DNA of 64,000 bases from Phyllobates terribilis (Eukaryota), in contig NW_027362772.1 of assembly GCF_046119375.1 (NCBI RefSeq), positions 320,230,001 through 320,294,000 on the forward strand. Reading direction: 5' to 3'. The notes below the pieces were generated by a model. That model worked only from the letters and a program-made list of their open reading frames with translations. It was not told where the DNA came from and did not search any database. The position numbers and the translations under genes were made by a program. Below, piece by piece: positions 52,232-62,230 of the stretch; positions within the stretch are counted from its first letter, which is position 1; the number at the start of each line of letters is the position of its first letter.

Positions 52232-55200
52232 GGGGGCTGCGGTGACCATAGAGTATGGGGGGGGACTGCGGTGACCATAGAGTATGGGGGGGACTGCGGT
52301 GACCATAGAGTATGGGGAGGGGACTGCGGTGACCATAGAGTATGGGGGGGACTGCGGTGACCATAGAGTATGGGGGGCCGCGGTGACCATAGTGCATGGG
52401 GGGGACTGCGGTGATCATAGTGCATGGGGGGGACTGCGGTGCCCATAGTGCATGGGGGGGACTGCAGTGACCATAGTGCATGGGGAGGACTGCGGTGACC
52501 ATAGTGCATGGGGAGACTGCAGTGACCATAGTGCATGGGGGGGACTGCAGTGACCATAGTGCATGGGGAGGACTGCAGTGACCATAGTGCATGGGGGGGA
52601 CTGCAGTGACCATAGTGCATGGGGGGGACCGCAGTGACCATAGTGCATGGGGGGACCGCAGTGACCATAGTGCATGGGGAGGACTGCGGTGACCATAGTG
52701 CATGGGGAGGACTGCAGTGACCATAGTGCATGGGGGGGACTGCAGTGACCATAGTGCATGGGGGGGACTGCGGTGACCATAGTGCATGGGGGGGACTGCG
52801 GTGACCATAGTGCATGGGGGGGACTGCGGTGACCATAGTGCATGGGGAGGACTGCGGTGACCATAGTGCATGGGGGGACTGCGGTGACCATAGTGCATGG
52901 GGGGACTGCGGTGACCATAGTGCATGGGGGGACTGCGGTGACCATAGTGCATGGGGGGGACTGCAGTGACCATAGTGCATGGGGGGGACTGCAGTGACCA
53001 TAGTGCATGGGGGGACTGCGGTGACCATAGTGCATGGGGGGGACTGCAGTGACATAGTGCATGGGGGGACTGCGGTGACCATAGTGCATGGGGGGGACTG
53101 CGGTGACCATAGTGCATGGGGGGGACTGCGGTGACCATAGTGCATGGGGGGGACTGCGGTGACCATAGTGCATGGGGGGGACTGCGGTGACAATAGTGCA
53201 TGGGGGGGACTGCGGTGACCATAGTGCATGGGGGGACTGCGGTGACCATAGTGCATGGGGAGGACTGCGGTGACCATAGTGCATGGGGAGGACTGCGGTG
53301 ACCATAGTGCATGGGGAGGACTGCGGTGACCATAGTGCATGGGGAGGACTGCGGTGACCATAGTGCATGGGGAGGACTGCGGTGACCATAGTGCATGGGG
53401 AGGACTGCGGTGACCATAGTGCATGGGGAGGACTGCGGGACCATAGTGCATGGGGAGGACTGCGGTGACCATAGTGCATGGGGGGGACTGCGGTGACCAT
53501 AGTGCATGGGGGGACTGCGGTGACCATAGTGCATGGGGGGGACTGCGGTGACCATAGTGCATGGGGAGGACTGCAGTGACCATAGTGCATGGGGGGACTG
53601 CAGTGGACCATAGTGCATGGGGGGGACTGCGGTGACCATAGTGCATGGGGGGGACTGCGGTGACCATAGTGCATGGGGGGGACTGCGGTGACCATAGTGC
53701 ATGGGGGGACTGCGGTGACCATAGTGCATGGGGGGGACTGCGGTGACCATAGTGCATGGGGGAGGACTGCGGTGACCATAGTGCATGGGGGGACTGCGGT
53801 GACCATAGTGCATGGGGGGACTGCAGTGACCATAGTGCATGGGGGGGACTGCGGTGACCATAGTGCATGGGGGGGACTGCAGTGACCATAGTGCATGGGG
53901 GGGACTGCGGTGACCATAGTGCATGGGGGGGACTGCAGTGACCATAGTGCATGGGGGGACTGCGGTGACCATAGTGCATGGGGGGGACTGCGGTGACCAT
54001 AGTGCATGGGGGGGACTGCGGTGACCATAGTGCATGGGGGGGACTGCGGTGACCATAGTGCATGGGGGGGACTGCGGTGACCATAGTGCATGGGGGGACT
54101 GCGGTGACCATAGTGCATGGGGGGGACTGCGGTAACAATAGTGCATGGGGGGACCTGCGGTGACAATAGTGCATGGGGGGGACTGCGGTGACCATAGTGC
54201 ATGGGGGGACTGCGGTGACCATAGTGCATGGGGGGGACTGCGGTGACCATAGTGCATGGGGGGGACTGCGGTGACCATAGGGCATGGGGAGGACTGCGGT
54301 GACCATAGTGCATGGGGAGGACTGCGGTGACCATAGTGCATGGGGAGGACTGCGGTGACCATAGTGCATGGGGAGGACTGCGGTGACCATAGTGCATGGG
54401 GAGGACTGCGGTGACCATAGTGCATGGGGAGGACTGCGGTGACCATAGTGCATGGGAGGACTGCGGTGACCATAGTGCATGGGGGGGACTGCGGTGACCA
54501 TAGTGCATGGGGGGACTGCGGTGACCATAGTGCATGGGGGGGACTGCGGTGACCATAGTGCATGGGGGGACTGCGGTGACCATAGTGCATGGGGGGGACT
54601 GCGGTGACCATAGTGCATGGGGGGGACTGCGGTGACCATAGTGCATGGGGGGACTGCGGTGACCATAGTGCATGGGGGGGACTGCGGTGACCATAGTGCA
54701 TGGGGGGACTGCGGTGACATAGTGCATGGGGGGACTGCGGTGACCATAGTGCATGGGGGGGACTGCGGTGACCATAGTGCATGGGGGGGACTGCGGTGAC
54801 CATAGTGCATGGGGGGGACTGCGGTGACCATAGTGCATGGGGGGACTGCGGTGACCATAGTGCATGGGGGGGCTGCGGTGACCATAGTGCATGGGGGGGC
54901 TGCGGTGACCATAGTGCATGGGGGGGCTGCGGTGACCATAGTGCATGGGGGGGCTGCGGTGACCATAGTGCATGGGGGGGCTGCGGTGACCATAGTGCAT
55001 GGGGGGGGGACTGCAGTGACCATAGTGCATGGGGGGGGACTGCAGTGACCATAGTGCATGGGGGGGGGACTGCAGTGACCATAGTGCATGGGGGGGTGCT
55101 GCAGTGACCATAGTGCATGGGGGGGGGACTGCAGTGACCATAGTGCATGGGGAGGACTGCGGTGACCATAGTGCATGGGGGGGGACTGCAGTGACCATAG

Positions 55201-55884
55201 TGCATGGGGGGGGGACTGCAGTGACCATAGTGCATGGGGGGGGACTGCAGTGACCATAGTGCATGGGGGGGACTGCAGTGACCATAGTGCATGGGAGGAC
55301 TGCGGTGACCATAGTGCATGGGGAGGACTGCGGTGACCATAGTGCATGGGGGGGGGACTGCGGTGACCATAGTGCATGGGGGGGGGACTGCGGTGACCAT
55401 AGTGCATGGGGGGGGACTGCGGTGACCATAGTGCATGGGGGGGACTGCGGTGACCATAGTGCATGGGGAGGACTGCGGTGACCATAGTGCATGGGGAGGA
55501 CTGCGGTGACCATAGTGCATGGGGAGGACTGCAGTGACCATAGTGCATGGGGGGACTGCGGTGATCATAGTGGCATGGGGGGACTGCGGTGATCATAGTG
55601 CATGGGGGGACTGCGGTGACCATAGTGCATGGGGAGACTGCGGTGACCATAGTGCATGGGGAGGACTGCGGTGACCATAGTGCATGGGGGGGGACTGCGG
55701 TGACCATAGTGCATGGGGGGGGACTGCGGTGACCATAGTGCATGGGGGGGACTGCGGTGACCATAGTGCATGGGGGGGACTGCGGTGACCATAGTGCATG
55801 GGGGGGTGCTGCGGTGACCATAGTGCATGGGGGGGGGGGCGGCGCGGGTGACCATAGTGCTTGGGGGGGCCGCGGTGACCATAG
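52232..55884. repeat. 27-31-bp G-run minisatellite, about 130 units
   Basis: Core ACTGCGGTGACCATAGTGCAT followed by a G6-G10 run or GGGGAGG. The first few units carry GAGTAT instead of GTGCAT. Confidence 0.98.
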
Positions 55885-55885
55885 A

Positions 55886-55950
55886 CAGTGGTCCCCAACC
55901 TTTTTTGCACCAGGGACCGGCTTGAAGCAAGATCATTTTTCCATGGCCCA
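55886..55950 (+). mobile_element. hAT (Charlie/MER1-like) transposon left end
   Basis: CAGTGGTCCCCAACCTTTTTTGCACCAGGGACCGG...ATTTTTCCATGG resembles, from recall, the MER1/Charlie3 terminus. No matching right end occurs before the gap. Confidence 0.6.
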
Positions 55951-56174
55951 GCAAGGAGGGGGTGGGGTGGGCGGGGCTTTGGTCATATGGGGGCGGGGTA
56001 ATGGAGGGATTTGGAGTTTAGTGCATACTTATCATATAGTGTAGACCAGGTCCCCGCCAGGAGCTATGCCAGGAGCCCCACATAATGTGCTGTGCCAGGA
56101 GCCGCATCACTGAGGCCCCATCACGCCCTGCAGCAGGACAGGGCAGCTGCTGTTCAGCTGCATTTACTTCATCC

Positions 56175-56347
56175 CAGGGGCGGACACAGACTGTAGTGGG
56201 CCCCTGTGCAAGAAATTTTTGGGGGCCCCTCCCGCCCTTCATAAGGCAACAAAGTTATGTAAACATAAACCCCCCCCCCATGTGCAGCTCACCCCCCGTG
56301 CATCTCTCATCCCCCCCGTGCAATCTCTCATCCACCCCCGTGCATCT
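56175..56347 (+). mobile_element. Probable hAT-type MITE left end running into a short C-run repeat and the gap
   Basis: Begins CAGGGGCGGACACAGACTGTAGTGGGCCCCTGTGCAAG; ccccccgtgcatctctcat repeats at about 56290-56347. Confidence 0.4.
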
Positions 56348-56447
56348 NNNNNNNNNNNNNNNNNNNNNNNNNNNNNNNNNNNNNNNNNNNNNNNNNNNNN
56401 NNNNNNNNNNNNNNNNNNNNNNNNNNNNNNNNNNNNNNNNNNNNNNN
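56348..56447. other. Assembly gap (100 N)
   Basis: A run of exactly 100 N, a typical scaffolding placeholder. The true distance and contiguity across it are unknown. Confidence 0.99.
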
Positions 56448-56751
56448 GTTATCACTCAGTCAATGATAGATTCTGTATTTTAGGAACTGACCTGGATTGG
56501 AGTAGTGTTATTGCAGCCACTAGGGGCAGCACCAGTCGGCAGCGTGGTCAGGGGAGCCAGGAATCGGTAGACAGGAAAGAAGTATAATCTTTGTATGAAG
56601 CAGCAGGAGAAGGAAGAGCTTGACTAGAGACTGGCAGCTCAATAATCTCACAAGGAGGAGGTGCCAGGCCAGGTTTAAATAGGGTGTGCAATCAGGAACT
56701 CACAGGGTTAAGTCAATCAGGAGCAACACAGGGTGGAGCTGCTCAGGAACA
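56448..56751 (-). mobile_element. Possible short solo LTR
   Basis: The minus strand starts TGTTCC (56751) and has two CTGATTG (CAAT-type) motifs followed by TATTTAAA (56674-56681). The left edge gtt at the gap would complete TGTT...AACA if the hidden base is T. Confidence 0.3.
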
Positions 56752-56753
56752 AT

Positions 56754-56827
56754 GCAGGTATGTTACCCGCACGCAGGTATGTTACACGCACGCAGGTATG
56801 TTACACGCACGCAGGTATATTACACGC
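56754..56827. repeat. 19-bp tandem repeat, about 3.9 copies
   Basis: GCAGGTATGTTACACGCAC and variants. Confidence 0.9.
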
Positions 56828-57750
56828 TCGCCGCTAGGTTCAGATAGGGCGAGACGGGCTTCATGAATTCTTTGGAATCCTGGGGGAACCGTTACTCAGG
56901 GCGACCATAGGGAGCAGCTTCTCTCAGGCACACGATAGATTCAGTTGCTGACCAGACACATCTGACAAGAGTCTTTTTCATCAGTTTAACAGTGGAATTA
57001 ATCTGAAGCACGGCCAGTGCAATTCAGGGATATTACAGCCACAATCTTCATTACAGTACAGTCTGACTTTTTTGAGCAACCGGCTCCAGTAATAATACAG
57101 TAGTTTTTTCACAAGACACAGTATTACAGTCTCTTCAGTAGCATAATTCAGCATAGATTAGATCTCTTAGCAGCACACTTCTATGAATACACAACCACAG
57201 GCTTTTCCTTCACAAGGACACATTCATACACAGCATTCTTTATCCTGCATGGAGATGGAGGAGGGGAGGGTTTGAGGGAGATGATCCCTATGGCGGGATT
57301 CCTTCCAGTCTTTATCTTCCTGCCTGATAGACTCCCTGAGCTAACAGTGCAGAGTATTATCTGACCTGTGTTTTGCTTCCCTCCTGACCTGAATTCTATT
57401 CACTTGCATTCTGTGAGATACAGAACACACACACCACCTTTCTCTTCGACTCCAGCCAGACAGTAAACTACTTCCCCACAATCCCCCTGGGGCTCAGCTA
57501 AAACACTCCCCTTCTCCTGTGATTGTGTTAACCCCTCTAGTTGTTGGATGCTTCCGGAGCACAACACTTCCTGTCTCCTGTGCTTGTGTTACTTCTAATA
57601 GTTGCTGGATGCTTTTAAAGCAACAGCACTTCTTCTGCATGTCACAAGTACTAGAATCTAGTTTAGCCAGGAACTGTCCAGCGAGCAGAATAGCTCAGTG
57701 GGAAGAGCTGCAGCCTGGTGCACAAAAGCTGCTGGGTTTGAGTCCTCACA
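56818..57750 (-). mobile_element. 3' LTR of a degraded Gypsy chromovirus; right edge firm, left edge tentative
   Basis: The minus strand reads PPT GGAAGGAGGGGA (57766-57755), then CTAC, then TGTGAGG at 57750, directly after the chromodomain. The left end is guessed at the T(G/A)TTACAC junction. Confidence 0.55.
57684..57750 (+). other. tRNA-derived Pol III type 2 promoter module at the LTR terminus (not a functional tRNA)
   Basis: A box TAGCTCAGTGG (57691-57701), D-arm GCTC/GAGC and B box GGTTTGAGTCC (57735-57745), with the tRNA-like 44-nt A-to-B offset. The anticodon arm and acceptor stem do not fold. Confidence 0.65.
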
Positions 57751-58452
57751 GTAGTCCCCTCCTTCCAGAATGGCCTCTGGACATCTTAGGCACTGGTTTC
57801 TCTGGATGTCTCTGATGAAAGTCTCTTGTAAGCCTGGGTGCATGGACATTGTACTTCGGTTCGTATGAATTATCTTCTGGTCCGTAACCCTTCCATTGCA
57901 CCAAATGTTGCAATCTTCCTCTAAATCTTCTGGAGTCCAGAATTTTATCCACGATGTACTGTTCTCCATCATGGACTATTTCTGGTGGAGGAGGTGGCTG
58001 AGTTTGTCCTGGAAACGGGTTTTACTGAGTGGTTTGAGCGAGGATACTTGGACACAGGGTGAATTTTCAGGCTGTTAGGAAATTTTAATTTGTGCAGAAA
58101 TATGAAAAGGTCCTATGAATTTTTGACCCAATTTTGATGACGGTTCGTTTGTTTTCAGGTCCTACCTGAAGGGTAGGAGCGGCTTTGCGATGTTTATCTG
58201 CTACTTCTTTATAATCTTCTTGGACCTTCTGTAGCAGCTCAATTAGTTCTTTCTGAGTTTCCTGCAACTTTGTCAGTAACAGCTGGAACCGAAGTATTAC
58301 ATGGAAGATTAGGAATAAATACTGGGTGCAAGCCATAATGAGCAAAAAATGCACTTTGGGATGTAGAACTGTGTTTGGAGTTATTGTAGGGAAACCCCCA
58401 GTAAGAGATAAAACAGCGCAGGTATTGTTGGAGAGTTTGGTTAGTTCTTTCT
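57751..58452 (-). pseudogene. pol: Degraded Gypsy (chromovirus) pol 3' end: integrase C-terminus and chromodomain
   Basis: Frameshifted pieces ERTNQTLQQYLRCF...PYNNSKHSST...[44 protein letters not shown] and [31 protein letters not shown]; internal deletions are present. Confidence 0.9.
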
Positions 58453-58948
58453 CTATGTTCACACATGTTGTGTTTTTTTACGTCAGAAATCTACAGCAAA
58501 ACTGATCTCTAGCAGGAAATCAGCTGCGTCAAAAATGCAGGTTTTGCTGCTTTTTTTATGTGTTTTTGATGCGTTTTTTCAGCATTTTTTTCACTGTCCT
58601 TCTGTCTCTATTTATGCATGTACATAAAGTTCTGTGAAAAAAAAAAGACTCCAATTCTATTTATAAAAAAATGCTGAAAAAATGTACCTGTGTTTCTTGC
58701 TGCGCTTTTGCAGCATTTTTTTCACCACCCATTACTTCCTGAAAAAAACACTGAATAAACGCTGAAAGAAGTGATTTGCTCCATTTTCCAAAAAACCAAC
58801 CAAGGCACAAAATACACAACAACAACAAAAAAAACATGATGTGTGAACAGAGAATTCTGTTGTCTCATAGAATTTGCTGGTAACGCAGCTGAAAATTTGC
58901 ATAAAAATCTGCAGCAAAATATACGCTGAAAAACCCAACGTGTTTCAG
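58453..58948. mobile_element. AT-rich palindromic MITE remnant
   Basis: Starts ctatgttcacac and has internal inverted blocks (ttttttcagcatttttt / aaaaaaatgctgaaaaaa). It separates the Gypsy and CR1 remnants. Confidence 0.45.
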
Positions 58949-58949
58949 T

Positions 58950-59278
58950 CTGGCCACTGTACTAATGACAAAGTTATAAGGAGCTGGAAGGTCCTTAAAA
59001 ATGATTACAGGGAACTAGGAGAGAAGCTGAAAGCCAGGACCTCCAAGGTGGTGTTTTCAGAAATACTGATGGTGCCACGAGCGTCACTAGATAGACAGCG
59101 GGAGATTAGGGACATAAATAAGTGGTGCAGGAAGGAAGGGTTTGGGTTCATGGAGAACTGGGCCGACTTCTCTGTCGGCAACAGGCTCTACGGGATGTAT
59201 GGGCTGCACCTCAATGGGGAGGGTGCAGCTGTGCTGGGGGAAAAAATGGTCAGACGGATGGAGGAGCTTTTAAACTAG
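58950..59278 (+). pseudogene. CR1 LINE ORF1 remnant (SGNH/GDSL esterase domain)
   Basis: TNDKV...LKNDYRELGEKLKARTSKVVFSEIL...REIRDINKW...EGFGFMENWADF...GLHLNGEGAAVLGEKM, matching the CR1 ORF1 esterase blocks (GxND and DGLHL, degenerate here). Confidence 0.85.
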
Positions 59279-59429
59279 GATCTGGGGGGAGGGAGGGTAT
59301 TCATGCTAATAAGGGGATAGATAGAGTAGACAGAGAGAGTGGGACAGCAGGGGTTATATAGTATCTAGGGGGACTGGGATATGCAAGGAAAGTAGGAAGC
59401 TGAGTAGTAGTAACAAATGTGCTAATAGT

Positions 59430-60695
59430 ATTAAATATCTGCTGGTGAATGCAAGAAGTCTCGCAAACAAAATGGCTGAACTGGAGACTCTTATGTCGGT
59501 CACAGAATACGATGTGGTGGGTATTACGGAAACTTGGCTGGATGAAAGCCAAGACTGGGTGATAAACATGGAGGGACACACTACATTTAGAAAGGACAGG
59601 GAAGACCAAAAATGTGGAGGGGTGTGTATTCTCGTAAGATGCATCTTAAAACCTGTGCTCAATGACAACATTGGGGGGCGCTGCGACAATGTAGAGTCAG
59701 TCTGGTAAATGTACATGGGGATGGCCATAATGGAAAGCTGCTAATTGGAGTTTGTTACAAGACTCCTAATATAGAGGAACAGGTAGAGGACGAAATGCTG
59801 CAACAAATAAAAAAGGCAGCAAATAATAATAATAATAGGGTCCTTATATGGGGGATGGTAACTATCCAGATATTCAATGGGACATAGAAGCTTCCAATTG
59901 TGCTAAAAGCTGCAAGTTCTTATCCACAGTTCAGGACAATGACCTCTTTCAGCTGTAGATGAACCGATGAGGGGAGGCAATCGGCAACAGCATCGGGCAA
60001 TCTGCAACAGCATCGGGCAATCGGCAACAGCATCGGGCAATCGGCAACAGCATCGGGCAATCTGCAACAGCATCGGGCAATCGGCAACAGCATCGGGCAA
60101 TCTGCTGGATCTGGCGCTGTCACATAGACCAGATACAATCTCCGATCTACAGGTCCAGGAGCGTCTGGGAACCCGTGACCATAATATGGGAAGTTTCAAT
60201 GTAATATTCAATAAAATATTTCAAAAAGGAAATGCAAAAACCTGGAACTTTAGGAAAACTGATCTCAACAAATTATGGGAAGAACTTAATGGTGTAGACT
60301 GGGACCAGGTCATGGTAACTGGGCATAACTAACATTAATGGGGCAATGTTCAAGGAAATACTACTAGAATCCTATAGAAAATGTATACCCTTTGGTAATA
60401 AAATGTCCAGGAATAAAAATAAACCACTATGGATAAATAAGACAAAAACAACGGGCCGAGAATACAGAAATAACACTTCAGGAGTATAAAAATCTAAATG
60501 GGAAACGTAAAAAAGAAATCATACTACAAAGTTATCTATAGAGCAACAAATCGCCAGCAACATTAAAATAAATCCCAAAAAATGTTATAAATACATCAAT
60601 GTCAAAAAAACAAAAAAAAACAGATGGCATCGGCCCCTTAAAAAAGGATAACAACAAGATAATTATAGAGGACAAAGAAAAGGCTGAGATATTAA
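59430..60695 (+). pseudogene. CR1 LINE ORF2 remnant: APE endonuclease and linker, interrupted before RT
   Basis: NARSLANKM, YDVVGITETWLDES, FRKDR...GGV, VESVW, IGVCYK, GNYPDI, NLLDL, GTRDHNM, NFRKTD, KPLWINK and KEKAEIL(N). Contains stops and frameshifts and ends at TTAA 60692-60695. Confidence 0.9.
59976..60105. repeat. 20-bp tandem repeat (6.5 copies) inside the CR1 endonuclease
   Basis: GGCAATC(G/T)GCAACAGCATCG x6, followed by the native GGCAATCTGC. Confidence 0.95.
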
Positions 60696-62060
60696 CCCCT
60701 TTACCCCCGAGGGTGGTTTGCACGTTAATGACCGGGTCAATTTTTACAATTCTGACCAATGTCACTTTATGAGGTAATTACTCTGGAACGCTTCAACGGA
60801 TCCCGCTGATTCTGAGATTGTTTTTTCGTGACAGATTGTACTTCATGATTGTGGTAAAATTTCTTCGATATCACTTGCGTTTATTTGTGAAAAAAATGGA
60901 AATTTGGCGAAAATTTTGCAATTTTCAAAATTTGAATTTTTATGCCCTTAAGAGATATGTCACACAAAAGAGTTAATAAATCACATTTCCCACATGTCTA
61001 CTTTACATCAGCACAATTTTGGAACCAAATTTTTTTTTTGTTAGGGAGCTATAAGGGTTAAAAGTTGACCAGCGATTTCTCATTTTTCCAACAAAATTTA
61101 CAAAACCATTTTTTTAGGGACCACATCACATTTGAAGTCACTTTGAGGGGTCTTTATGACAGAAAATACCCAAAAGTGACACCATTCTAAAAACTGCACC
61201 CCTCAAGGTGCTCAAAACCACATTCAAGAACTTTATTAATGCTTCAGGTGCTTCACAGGAATTTTTGGAATGTGGAAGAAAAAAATGAACATTTAACTTT
61301 TTTCACAAAAATGTTACTTTAGACTCAATTTTTTTTATTTTCGCAGGGGTAACAATAAAAAATGGACCCCAAAATTTGTTGTGCAATTTCCCCTGGGCAC
61401 GCAGATACACCATATGTGAGGAAAAACACTGTTTGGGCGCACGGCAGGGCTCGGAAGGGAAGGAGCCATTTGACTTTTTGATTGTAAAATTTGCTTGAAT
61501 AATTAGCGGACGCCATGTTGCGTTTGGAGAGCCCCTGTGTGCCCAAACATTGGAGCTCCCCCACAATTGACCCCATTTTGGAAACTAGACCCCCCCAAGG
61601 CACCTATCTAGATGCATAGTGAGCACTTGGAACCCCCAGGTGCTTCACAAATTGATTCGTAAAAATGAAAAAGTGAAAAAAAAAAAACACTTTTTCATTT
61701 TTATGAATCAATTTGTGAAGCACCTGGGGGTTCCAAGTGCTCACTATGCATCTAGATAGGTGCCTTGGGGGGTCTAGTTTCCAAAATAGGGTCACTTGTG
61801 GGGGAGCTCCAATGTTTGGGCACACAGGGACTCTTCAAATGCAACATGGTATCCGCTAACAAATTGTCGGCTCAAATTGTTAGCGGACACCATGTTGCGT
61901 TTGGAGAGCCCCTGTGTGCCCAAACAGTGGAGCTCCCCCACAAGTGACCCCATTTTGGAAACTATACCCCTGAAGGATTTTATTAAGGTGTATAGTGAAC
62001 ATTTTGAACCCAGAGGTACGACACAGAATTTGATAACATTAGGTCATCATATTGAATAAG
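60696..62060 (+). mobile_element. Non-autonomous piggyBac-like element inserted at TTAA; right end not in view
   Basis: The TTAA|CCCCTT terminus interrupts the CR1 KAEILN codon, followed by an AT-rich body with internal sub-repeats (gtgaccccattttggaaact, aaaagtgacaccattctaaaaact). No transposase ORF. Confidence 0.7.
61503..61964. repeat. Overlapping inverted repeats (forward, inverted, forward)
   Basis: Arms 61503-61675 and 61688-61859 (about 172 bp, few mismatches) flank an A12 spacer. A second pair lies at about 61775-61862 and 61877-61964. Confidence 0.92.
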
Positions 62061-62067
62061 TTGTCAT

Positions 62068-62230
62068 TAGTCTTGAGCGCAAGTGCTAGCTACTTGAGTT
62101 TGCATCGGGTACTCAGGTATGCACCATGTACAGCGTGTGCTCGAGTGACATGCTCGAGTCCCCGCCCGCATGTTTCACGGTTATTAGACACCCAAAAAAA
62201 AACATGCGGGGATCGCTCGTGCATGGCAGG
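62068..62230. mobile_element. MITE fragment cut by the Gypsy LTR
   Basis: tagtcttgagcgcaagtgctagctacttgagtttgcatcgggtactc resembles TAGTGATGAGCG-type termini recalled from frog genomes. Internal hairpin cgcatgttt/aaacatgcg. Confidence 0.4.

Noticed and set aside
52067-55954. ORFs over 1,000 aa rich in P, H, M and T
   Set aside because: Translations of the G-run minisatellite in overlapping frames, with frame set by homopolymer length.
56516-56532. CTCF-like CCACTAGGGGCAGC
   Set aside because: One G short of the CCASYAGRKGGC core spacing.
57684-57750. Functional tRNA gene
   Set aside because: The anticodon arm does not form a 5-bp stem with a 7-nt loop, and the 3' acceptor strand is replaced by PPT and pol sequence. 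Kept only as a tRNA-derived module.
61053-61061. AAGGGTTAA as the right end of the piggyBac-like element
   Set aside because: It has three G rather than the four expected from the left end, and the sequence after it continues as element body instead of resuming CR1.
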